A stretch of 64,000 bases of DNA from Octopus sinensis (taxonomy: Eukaryota), in assembly GCF_006345805.1 (NCBI RefSeq), contig NC_043020.1, positions 20,770,001 to 20,834,000 on the forward strand. Reading direction: 5' to 3'. The translations under genes and the position numbers were made by a program. Of the stretch, positions 26,315-37,273 are shown one piece after another. The notes under the pieces are model-generated. The model did no database searches, was not told the DNA's origin, and saw nothing but the letters and a program-made list of their open reading frames with translations. Within the stretch, counting starts at the first letter, position 1. Every line of letters starts with the position of its first letter.

Positions 26315-26701
26315 TAGATTTGATTTGTCCTCATCAGCTGCATATACCTTGACAAAATTTCAAATGTTGCCACATCTATGGCAGTACACTCGTCTGAATA
26401 CCAAAACGTTAACAGAACGAGAACAGTGAAGAAGTTTCAATGAAAATAGTAATGCAATTCAAAAGTATTGCTTTCCAGTAAAAGATAGCCCGTAAGGGTA
26501 AAATTATACATATAAAAGTAAATAAATGGTACAACGAAGTACCGATATTTACTGGAAAATAGCGATTGTAATAAATACGATGCTATTGTATAGCTTCACT
26601 GCGTATATACTAGCAAAGACGTGTGTGTGCAACAAACATGAAGAAAATTTGTCTTACCTCTAGGAAGAACATCTGAAAAATGAAAAACCTAGAAATGGAT
26701 A

Positions 26702-26772
26702 ATGCAGGACCGGTTTCAGACTCTTCAAATACGTTTGACAACGTAGATTTGATTTGTCCTCATCAGCTGCAT
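26702..26772 (-). ncRNA. type I hammerhead ribozyme, intact core
   Basis: Minus strand: ATGCAG-CTGATGA-GGAC[hairpin]GTCT-GAAA-CCGG-TC-CTGCAT. Confidence 0.9.
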
Positions 26773-27130
26773 ATACCTAGACAAAATTTCAAATGTTGCC
26801 ACATCTATGCCAGTACACTCATCTGAACGCCAAAACATTAACAGAACGAGAACAGTGAAGAAGTTTCAATGAAAATAGTAATGCAATACGAAAGTATTGC
26901 TTTCCAGTAAAAGATAGCCCGTAAGGGTAAAATTATACATATAAAAGTAAATAAATGGTACAACGAAGTACCGATATTTACTGGAAAATAGCGATTGTAA
27001 TAAATACGACGCTATTGTATAGCTTCACTGCGTATATACTAGCAAAGACGTGTGTGTGCAACAAACATGAAGAAAATTTGTCTTACCTCTAGGAAGAACA
27101 TCTGAAAAATGAAAAACCTAGAAATGGATA

Positions 27131-27201
27131 ATGCAGGACCGGTTTTAGACTCTTCAAATACGTTTGACAATGTAGATTTGATTTGTCCTCATCAGCTGCA
27201 T
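27131..27201 (-). ncRNA. type I hammerhead ribozyme with G12A core substitution
   Basis: As 26702-26772 but GAAA reads AAAA (position 27146). Confidence 0.8.
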
Positions 27202-27389
27202 ATATATATATATCATCATCATCATCATCGTCATTTAACGTCCACTTTGCATGCTAGCATTGGTTAGACGATTTGACTGAGGACTGGCAAACCAGATGGC
27301 TGCACCAGGCTCCAGTCTGATCTGGCAGAGTTTCTACAGCTAGATGCCCTTCCTAACACCAACCACTCCAAGAGTTCTTTAGGTGTAGT

Positions 27390-29700
27390 AATTCTTTATA
27401 CATTTCTTGGCCTAGAGCAATTCTCTTTTTCACTAGAGTGCTGAGAATTTACATGAGCTTAAGATAAAGCATCAGCTGTGCAATTATTGGGGCTCTTGAC
27501 ATAATGAATATCGACAGCAAACCGTGCCTAATTTCCCTTCGAAAATATTTATCCAATTTGGATTGAAATTCCATTTTGTTCCTCATCCTTCTTCCATGAA
27601 ACATATTTGATGTCACATTTCTACTGGTCACAAAGCTCAGTTTTGTTCACTCTTCACAATTTATTTCAAATGGAAGTTGCAGCATTGGAAAAGCTCATTT
27701 CAACTTCATTCATTTGGTCAGATATGAACAGGAATGTTTGTCAATGGATAGGAATTATATATCAAGTTTATTGTTATGAAACTTTCTTAGGAACTTTTGC
27801 TACACTGGACACTTATTTTCAACACATACACATAGATATTATTAGACCCTTATCTCCTGTTCTGGATTATATTTAACTGTTGATTAGTATTAATTGTTCC
27901 TTTAGGTGACCTAAAGCCATTCCTATTTAAGATGTTTCATCTACAATGGTAACAAAAGTATTATGTTTCACCTGGATTTCATATTTTGGGACTCCAGCAA
28001 CAATGACAATTGACAGAGGTCAGCGATTTGAATCTAGTCTGTTTACTGAATTAACCCAATAGATTGTTACAAAGAGGATTCACATAATTGCTTAGCATCC
28101 TGTATGGAATGAGAGAACAATTTCATAACCAATTTAATACATCATTTAACACATACAGCAAGGTCAGAATATATATCTATTATACTACTGAGTAACACAA
28201 TATCAATTAAGACAGACTTAGATTTGACTCCAGCAGAACTGCTTTACAGCACTGCATTAACTCTTCATGAACAAATGGTAGTTGAAGAATCCATCACGTT
28301 ACACTCCATCCAATTATGTACAATAACTGCATTTACATCTGAGTTTATCAAAATTACTGCCCAGACAGCAAACAGTTAGGCTATGTTTCATATGTTTCAA
28401 CTGACTTTACTACTTGGACTCATATTTTTGATTGTAATGATATAGTGCAAAAGCCCTTACACACACCATATACTACACTTTATTATGTTATGCAGGAACA
28501 CCATAACGCAACTAATTAGGGAGAGAGTCAGTCTAGATGAGATGCAGTTTGAGTTTGTGACAGGGAAAAGCACCACTGATGCTATATTTTTGGTAAGACA
28601 GCTGCAGGAGAAATACCTAGCCAAAGAAAAACCTTTGTACTTGGCTTTCATTGACGTGGAGAAAGCCTTTGACAGGGTCCCCCAATCCCTTATCTAGTGG
28701 AAACTAGGGATAGATGAGTGGTTAGTGAGAGCTGTATGAGCCATGTACAGGGACACTGTTAGTAAGGTGAGGGATGGCAATGAGTACAGCAAATAATTCT
28801 GGGTAGGAGAGGCAGTCTATTAAGGATCAGTCCTCAGCTCTGTGATGTGGTGGTGAAGCATGACCTTTGAACGTTGGACTCCACTGAGGCGATGACAAGT
28901 GACCAAGACCTTTGGAGATATTCTGTGCTTGAGAAGACCCAGCAAACCAAGTGAGACTGTAACCGTGGCTTATGCCAGTGCAGCATAACCAACCCATTTA
29001 AGAGTATCCTACAATCATTGGGAAATAAACTGCACTTGTGAAGACCTGTTGAGGCAAGTGAATTCATTGTTGTGGCTGATGACAGTACCGAATGTACCAT
29101 TCAAGCTTGGTCGATGCCAGTGCTGGCTGACTGGTCCTGTGCTGGTGGCATGTAAAAAGCACCATTCAAGTGTGGTCGTTGCCAGTGCCACCTGACTGGC
29201 CCCCATGCCAGTGGCACGTAAAAAGCACCATTCAAGTGTAGCCGATGCCAGTACCACCTTACTGGCCCTCATGCAGTTGGCACATAAAAAGCACCCACTA
29301 CATTCTCAGAGTGGTTGGCATTAGGAAGGGCATCCAGATGTAGAAACATTGCCAGATCAGACTGGAGCCTGGTGCAGCCTTCTGGCTTGCCAGCCCTCAG
29401 TCAAACCATCCAACCCATGCCAGCATGGAAAGTGGATGGTAAACAATGATGATGATGATGGCGATGATACCAATAGTAAAAAAGAGACAGTTAATATTGA
29501 CAGAATTAAAATAAAAGCTTACATTCATTTACATACATCTACAAGGGCACATCTTCACATATAACAAAAAAACAACTATGGATACACAGGCACCATCAAT
29601 ACACAAAGCTATGGTTCCTAAAAAAGACATTACTATGAAAAATGGCAAGAAGGTGCATTGGCCTACCAAGTATGAACTTATAAATTATATATAATACTAT
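27390..29700 (+). mobile_element. decayed Gypsy integrase region, interrupted by an RTE copy
   Basis: FIWSDMNRNV, FQHIHIDIIRPL, FGTPATMTIDRGQRFESSLF; resumes after 29465 with NGKKVHWP. Confidence 0.7.
28490..29465 (+). mobile_element. RTE LINE, internally deleted
   Basis: STTDAIFLVRQLQEKYL..AFIDVEKAFDRVP joined to a 3'UTR with ~62-bp repeats and (GAT)n tail. Confidence 0.9.
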
Positions 29701-29897
29701 TTTTCTATCTTATAACAATATTTGGATTATTTTTAATTGTGTATAATTTGTGAACATTTTCTTCTTTTACTGATCATGTATTTGTTGTATTTGCTTTTGT
29801 AACTGTTAATTATTTTTGCTCTATGTTTGTCTGTCTTTGTAGTGTGACAGATGAAGAGGACAACAGAAAAGGAGAAGGAAATATGATTAGGTCTTAC

Positions 29898-29975
29898 CTC
29901 GGCGAAGATTAGTCTACCAAACTCAGCGTCCAGTTGCTTCCTTGTGTCCGCTCGAACTGCCCGCTTCCTTGATGT
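29898..29975 (-). other. probable non-coding first exon of an unidentified gene (5' end approximate)
   Basis: Ends in consensus donor GAG|GTAAGA at 29898/29897, immediately downstream of the motif-rich promoter. Confidence 0.55.
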
Positions 29976-30080
29976 CACACGTGCATGCTGCCTCACCGCT
30001 TCCGCTTCCTGCCGTGCATGCGCCCTGCAAGCTCTACTTCCGCCCTCCCCTATCTGTCGTCCTCTCCACCGACACCACAG
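29960..30080 (-). promoter_or_regulatory. CpG-rich housekeeping-type promoter
   Basis: GC box GGGGAGGGCGG overlapping ETS CGGAAGT (30036-50), NRF1-like GCGCATGCAC (30014-23), tandem ETS-like CAGGAAGCGGAAGCGG (29996-30011), E-box CACGTG (29978-83); unique GC-rich sequence. Confidence 0.65.
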
Positions 30081-30619
30081 TCTTATAATAAACACAATGC
30101 AAAAGGATTCCCATAGTGAGGCTTCTGCTGAGTTTTGAACCAGAGTCAAACTATATTGCCATAGAAATAAAACTTGCAATGAGAAATTAACTGTTTCACC
30201 ATAAAATGTATTATGCTTATGTAAACATAATTTGACCAATTAACTAGTGTGTAGCCAATAAGTGGCAAACTTGAAAGTAAGATTTGTGGATTTTCTTGCC
30301 ATTAAATAATTCTGCCAAAGATTCTAGAAGCTTGACTAAATGATATAAAAAACTGGGTACTGAACTCCCAAACAGAACAACTTCAAATAACACACAGAAA
30401 TTTGTTGATCAGTTTTGTGATAAAATGTTTTCACTCTTTTTGCTTATTCTGCCTTTAACAACAATGAACAATTTTCATATAAATCACAAAAATATTTGAT
30501 GCAATTAAGACTTAACTATGACATTTCCTATTTCATGTTTGCTAGATACACAAGATAGTGAATGTGATAATTAAATACCTAGATGATAAAATGACCATTA
30601 TTACTATTTGATGACATTT

Positions 30620-31830
30620 TTAAAATGATTCAAGTGACATATGCTTCATTAACAAAGATCTTTGTTGTAGAAGTCTTTCTCTGATTTTGTACACTGCTAT
30701 GATTTCTTGTTCTGTAATTAAAGCTGTTCTTGTCTTTTTGTAAGTTTATCACATATTTTCATCCTGTTACCTATGGGTACCTTTTCTAATGTGATAACCA
30801 TGTTGTCGTTGTTGTCACTGCAACTACTGTTGTTGTTATTATCATTGTCATCATCATCATCACCATCATTATTATCAGGATCATCCTGGTTGAGAATCAT
30901 TTCAACTATTTCCCTGTTAGTAATAATATGAACAGTTACAGTATTGTTATCAATATTATACTTTGATCTCCTCTTCCTCCAGCTTACTCCCAGATTCTGT
31001 TGGTATGTAAGGAGATCTGATACCATCTTTTTTGGCTTGGTATGCCGAATCTTTTTTATTCTTTACTCATTATCATCGCTGAACATTTTTTCATGCATCA
31101 GACATTGCACTTAATTCCATGCATTAACAACTGCATATATAGGTATTCTTTACAATAAACTCTTTTTGGAAGCCTTAACACAGATACAGCTTTGTTCACT
31201 GCTGCCAGAACACTGTTCAAGAAATTGTGTTTACATTTAGCCTTCAATAATCTAAGGATGCTTTGGTAACATCGCTGAATTAATAATGCATTAGCACATG
31301 CCAGCATAGTTAAGAGATTGACATCAGAAGTCAATCTCTCAAGGAGAGGTCTGAGAGCTATCCTTGGTTATCTTAATCCCTGAAGTCTGAAATCAATCTA
31401 TATTTTGAAATTACTTTACAATAAAAGTTCTAAAAATACAAAATCTTTTCAAAATTCTTTTAAAAGGAAAGCAAAACAGAAAGAAACCATTGTCTGGCAG
31501 TTGACAGAAACTAAAGACTAAACCTTGATTAATTGAGAATGTAAAAATAAACGAAGGGCTTGCCAGGAAGTCATCAGAAATCAGCTGTAGCAAATGTTTC
31601 CTTGGGGCAATAATACCTGAACAATGATGCTTCATCGGTATAATGCATTTGTCCTATTGTTAAATTTTCCTCTGCAATAATCCTTGGAAACTCATCAGTG
31701 AATCTCTCAGCTGTCTTATGATCAGCAAATACCTTTTTACCACAAGTCATTAAATATTTAATGTCATGCCTTTTCATAAATTTTTGTAACCAGCTTTGTG
31801 AAGATTTCACAGTTAACTTTAACCTTTTAC
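30620..31830 (-). mobile_element. pogo/Tigger (Jerky-like) transposase remnant
   Basis: SQSWLQKFMKRHDIKYL..CGKK..ADHKTAERF..ENLTIGQMHYTDEASLF; acidic C-terminal stretch. Confidence 0.8.
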
Positions 31831-32999
31831 CTTTTTCGGTCATTAGACTGCAAACATGCTGAGGCACCGCCTTGAAGAGTTTTAGTCAAACAGATCAACC
31901 CTGGGAATTATTCTTTTGATCTCTTTTGCCAAACCCCTAAGTTGTAGGGATATAAACAAACCAACATTGGTTGTTGAGTAGTGACAGGGACAAACACAAA
32001 CACAAACACACACACACCCTACATAATACATACATGCATATACTTTTATTCTTTTATTTATTTCAGTCATTTGTCTGTTGCCATGCTGGAGCACTGCCTT
32101 GAAGGATTTTAAGTGAACAAATTGATCCCAGGACATTTTAACGCTTAGTACTTATTCTGGTTGTCAAGCAGTGATGGGGAAACAAACACAGAGACGAAGA
32201 CACACACACACATACATGACAGGCTTTCAGTTTCTGTCAACCAAATCCACTCACAAGGCTTTGGTCGGCCTGAGGCTGCAGTAAAAGACATTTGCCCAAG
32301 GTGCCATGCAGTGGGACTGAACCTGGAACCATGTGGTTGGGAAGCATGCTTCTTGCCACAAAGCTATGCTTATATATGTTCAGTAGGCTTCCACACAGTT
32401 TCTGTCAACCAAATTCACTTTCAAAGCATTGGCTGCCTGGGGTTTGTAGTAGAAAACACTTACCCAAGGTGCCACACTGAAGCCAAAACTATGGGGTTGC
32501 AAAACATTCTTGTCAACCAAACAACCATGCCTGTGCCTAGCCATGTACATTATAGCAGATTTTAGCTTCTTTCATTTTTTAGTTTGTTAAATGGTAAATG
32601 TTTATTCTGAAGCTGATGTGTCCACTCAATCAATGCATAGCCAACATCTTTGTTTTTTTGCCTGATGCAAATAAATATCCATGCCCGGAATTTACTTTAA
32701 ATACTCATTGATCAGGTGGATCAGCTGACATTTGGAGACAGCTGCAGATGGAAGTAATTTGAATACAAGTGGGCAGTTGGTTAGAGTGCAGGACAAAAGC
32801 AAGAGGAAACACGAGTTTAAGAAGAGAGGACGGGGAAGACAGAACAAAGCAAAAGTATACAAGTGAAAGATAGACATAAACTGAATCAGGGCAGCTAAGA
32901 AGCAGGAGAGGAAGAATAATAGGATGGTTATGGTGGTGACGACGACGACGATGATGATGATGATGGTTTATAGAGAATAAAATAAACAAACATTGCAAG

Positions 33000-33150
33000 G
33001 TTAGAGACTTTTCAATTCCCTATCATAGCAGTGCTAATAGCAAAGAAATAAAAAAAATTGAGAAATATCAAGATCTAGCCAAAGAGCTGAAAAGACTAAC
33101 ACAATAATTATTATTGGTGCACTTAGCACAAAACCAATAAATATTGCATC
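33000..33150 (+). mobile_element. restriction-like endonuclease remnant of an R4/NeSL-type non-LTR element
   Basis: DFSIP..KEIKKIEKYQDLAKELKRL..IIIGAL. Confidence 0.55.
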
Positions 33151-33369
33151 TCTCACCCCTCCTGGAGTTGATCAATTATATTCTCTCTATCATTGATATG
33201 CCTTGATTTTCAGTAGGATGGTATCATTAGTTTTATACCCTAAACTCATCTACTGTCTTCTTGATAGCCATACACCTGGCAAAGAGCTTATCATGCATCT
33301 TGTTTGATTCTTTGAATCTCTACTCCAATTATATCATCATCATCATCAACTTTTCCATGCTTGCATATA

Positions 33370-33564
33370 CAGTAGTACCTTGGTTTCTGAACACCTCTGA
33401 TCATGAATAAATCGTGCTTTATCTCCTGCCTTTCTCATATTCATTTAATACAGTATAGTACCTTGGTTTTACAAAGGCATCTGATCATGAATAATTATGC
33501 TTTACATATATATAAAGTATGATTTATTCGTGATCAGAGGTATTTGAAAACCGAGGTACTAGTG
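33370..33564. mobile_element. MITE (pogo/Tigger-like)
   Basis: TA-flanked TIRs CAGTAGTACCTTGGTTT / AAACCGAGGTACTAGTG; duplicated left arm at ~33450. Confidence 0.75.
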
Positions 33565-34082
33565 TATATAAATATATCATCATCATCATCGTTTAACATT
33601 CATTTCCCATGTTAGCATGGGTTGGACAGTTCAACCGGGGCCTGGGAAGCCAGGAGGCTGCAGTCTGATCTGGTGGTGTTTCTACAGCTGGATGCCCTTC
33701 CTAATGCCAACCACTCTGTGAGTGTAGTGGGTGCTTTTTATGTGCCACTGGCAACAGCCACAATTGGTTGGTGCTTTTTACATGCCACTGGCACAGACGA
33801 CAGTCAAGGTGGCGCTGGCATTGGCCACATTTGGATGGTGCTTTTTATGTGCCACCGACACAGGTATCACAACTACAATTTCCATTTGATTTTTATTTTG
33901 ATGTTAATGTACTTGACTCAGTAGGTCTCCTCAAGCACAGCGGGTCACTCTACAATCCCAGGTAAGCACAGCAGGCCGTCCTGTGAGCCATGAACTCACT
34001 TCATTTGTTGGGTCTTCGCAGTCACAGCATATCTCCAGAGGTCTTGGTCTTTCATCATTGCCTCTGGTCTTTCATCATTGCC

Positions 34083-34602
34083 TCAATTTTCAGACGTTGG
34101 GCAGCTGTGCATACAACAACTATGGCAGTATCTAGCAATAGGCCTCCCTCAGACCCAGGCATCCACTTCATTCACTTTCAAGCATCAGTTGTGAGTGGAT
34201 TTGTTACAATTGTATCTGAAATACCCCTAAAATGACTGGTAAAAGAAAATGGAATTCACAAGATTCTTTATTAATCACTACAATAATTTCAACCCATTTT
34301 GCATTAGTCCCTCACGGATGAGATTCTGTACAACTGATTGTGATGTACCTTTCAGTGCAGATGTGCCTCATCAGGTGACTTTTCAATAGGTTTCCTTGAC
34401 TTCTTAGCCAGCACATCTGTAGATGAAAGCATTTTTCTTTTACCAGTCATTTTAGGGGTATTTCAGATACAATTGTAACAAATCCACTCACAACTGATGC
34501 TTGAAAGAAGTGAATGAAGTGGATGCCTGGCTCTGAGGGAGGCCTGTTGCTAGATACTGCCATAGTTATTGTATGCACAGCTGCCCAACGTCCGAAAACT
34601 GA
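34083..34602 (-). mobile_element. PLE-like terminus with ~170-bp inverted repeat
   Basis: 34083-34251 is inverted at 34430-34602; the spacer holds an HHR related to that of the PLE at 47.9 kb. Confidence 0.75.
34273..34380 (-). ncRNA. type I hammerhead ribozyme (stems II and III partly decayed)
   Basis: Minus strand: AGTCAC-CTGATGA-GGCACATCTGCA..TGCAAAATGGGTT-GAAA-TTATTG-TA-GTGATT, followed by AATAAA. Confidence 0.7.
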
Positions 34603-35092
34603 TGTTTAAAAATTTATTTAATAATTAATTAATTAATTTTTGTGGTCATAAGTACAGATGGCCATAAGTCGCATAGGTCGTAAGTTGAGGAGAAGGTGTA
34701 CTGTGCTACCTCATTGACAGGTGCCTACTCACTGCATACCAGCCAAATCTCATTGTAAATGATATATAGAATATTGACTTTTCAGTTACTGATGTTGCAA
34801 ATAACCAGTAGGATAATTAAGAAATAAATTAGTGAATGAAACGATATTAATACCAAGTGGTTATCTTTCTTCTTCATAATGTGAATGATACACACACACG
34901 CACGCATACACACAATTATACATATCTATATGTACATAAGTGTGTGTGTATAAGTATAATTGTATATACAGGTATATTTGCACACACACACACACACACA
35001 CATATGGCTGTGTGGTAAGATTTTTGCTTTCCAATCATATGGATCTGGGTTCAGTCCCCTTGAGTGGCACCTAAGGCAAGTGTCTTGTACTA

Positions 35093-35698
35093 CAGGGTGT
35101 CCCAAAAGTGACTGATGGGTTTCAATTTTTAACAACCTCCTTAACTTTACAAAGAAATGTATGAAACTTTGATACAGTATAAAGGACATAATGAAAATTG
35201 ATACGCATAAGTCAGATTTTGCAATACCACCACATCACATATAAAAGAAGGACATCGTTTAAATGGCAGCCATTTTCGACTTTGCATGCCCGTGCTCTTT
35301 CCAGAACTTGCACCATAACATCCTCAAGAGTTTCAGACTCCACTTCTCTGATTTCTCTATTGATGTTCTCCTTCAGTTGCACCAGGGTCTCTGGTTTGTT
35401 GATGGAAACCCTCTCTTTCAGGCATCCATGATTGAGACTTTTTGCACGTGGCCATTCAAAATAGACCTCACATATGGTTCCAGAAAGATGAGGCAACTGC
35501 TCATACTGCAAGAGAAACAAGGCAGTTGCTATGGCAGTGCTTTGGAGAGAGAATAATCTCCTGCTACAGCAACATCAACTGGCCTTCACATTCCCCTGAC
35601 TTGACTAGCTCAGACTTTTTCTTGTGGGGATATCTGAAAGAGAGGGTTTATGAAGCTATCAAAAATTGAAACCCAACAGTGACTTTTGGGACACCTTG
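35093..35698. mobile_element. internally deleted and inverted Tc1/mariner-superfamily element inserted in a SINE
   Basis: 38-bp TIRs CAGGGTGTCCCAAAAGTGACTG..; transposase pieces on both strands (WFQKDEATAH..SPDLTSSDFFLWGYLKERV on +; LKERVSINKPETL..HLNDVL on -). Confidence 0.85.
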
Positions 35699-35768
35699 TT
35701 ACTGATAGGAAATGAATCTGTCTATGAAACAATGCTTTAACAATCTCGCCTATGCTAGCATGGAAAAG

Positions 35769-35871
<103 letters not shown>

Positions 35872-36432
35872 CATACATACATACACACACACGTTGTTTA
35901 GTTCACTTTAGCTGGCATATGAAGGGACTGCTGGAATGTTGCCTTCATAGATTTTTCTCATTTGTTTTCACCATTACACTCAAGACCAGCCTGGAGTACT
36001 ATTAACATAACACACACAAAACATTATTATCAACAAGTGGTCAAGTGGAAAATACTTCTGCTACACTCTTACATATTTAATATTATGAGTTGAAAACTAG
36101 TTAACAGAGTTTATCTATGCAATTAGTTGATGAAAACTCCCTCTCTAAGTGTTTAAAATTTAAATATAATAAACAAGGGAGATAAAATCAAATAACTGAA
36201 AAATACAGGTAATGCCTCACAGGTGTGGATTTGGTCTCTAAGTCAACTGGTGTTTCAGTCTTATTAGACCTTCAAAGAGACACATTCTACTCAGTTGGCA
36301 AGACTAATATTGATTTAGAATAGATTGTATTGGTATTTTATTAAGCAGGTCTCTTGTTATTTTATTCTTGGCTATGCCCTGTAATAGTGGTAATAGTGCT
36401 AAGTTTGGGTAATGTCTGATATTTCACAGGCA

Positions 36433-36490
<58 letters not shown>

Positions 36491-36491
36491 C

Positions 36492-36532
<41 letters not shown>

Positions 36533-37065
36533 TCATCCATAGACCAAGTATCTCCTCTCAACTTTGCTCAAGCTTTTATTTTAACATTACTACTATTCCA
36601 GATGGCTTGTCTTCTCCATTACATCACTTCTCTATTGAAAGAGTATTAAGAGGATGGAATGAAACTGAAATAATATGATAAGCTGAAAATCAAGGAGAGA
36701 AATAGGTAGATGAACATGTAGTCCATATAAGAATTTAGAATGAAAGACGAGGAGGGGGGATAGTGATTAAGTAAGAGAGCAGTGTGACAGGTTTCTGATG
36801 TTATGTACAAGCTTAGGCCATCATTAATAGTGAGGACAGATATTTAATAGTAAAAATCACAAAGGTTGGGAAAGTACAGCAACAATGACTGCAACACAAA
36901 ACATAGTTGTAATCTATTTACATTTTATTCTCATTACCTTTAGCTGGTTCACGTCACACCTGGCACACACATATGTGTGTGGGTGCATGTAAGTATATAT
37001 CATACATATATCTATCCACAGAACACACACAAGTACATGCTCTTACTCACTTCTCACGACATATA

Positions 37066-37273
37066 GGAGGGGGTGCTGGAAAGTTCCTGGCTTTAAGGGT
37101 ATTGTGAAAGGCCTGGTTGAAGGCCCAACCTTCTGAGTTCTTTTACAGGGCTTAGAAAAACTGAAGGACCGTTGCAATAAGTGTGTGAATCTGAGAGGTG
37201 AATAAAATCATAATAAACTGATCCCCCTGTATTTTCTTTCTTCCAAAGCCAGGAACTTTTCGACACTCCCTTG
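37066..37273 (+). mobile_element. mariner-derived MITE
   Basis: TA-flanked TIRs (..GAAAGTTCCTGGCTTT / AAAGCCAGGAACTTTTC..); internal QGLEKLKDRCNKCVNLRGE matches a mariner C-terminus. Confidence 0.8.

Larger units (their letters stand above)
26315..27203 (-). repeat. 429-bp tandem array (~2.07 units), retrozyme-like
   Basis: TCATCAG recurs at 26331, 26760 and 27189 (period 429); units nearly identical; an HHR spans each junction. Confidence 0.92.

Noticed and set aside
26652-26680. Apparent 15-nt microexon TTTTCAG|ATGTTCTTCCTAGAG|GTAAGA on the minus strand, repeated at ~27081-27109
   Set aside because: It lies inside the 429-bp ribozyme repeat unit, so the duplication is explained by the array; no coding support, though exonisation cannot be excluded
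29733-30239. 168-aa ORF on the minus strand
   Set aside because: No recognisable protein; runs through promoter motifs and a splice donor; likely a GC-rich chance ORF
32690-32930. Purine-rich unique-looking block, possible LTR
   Set aside because: No TG...CA termini, TSD or second copy could be identified
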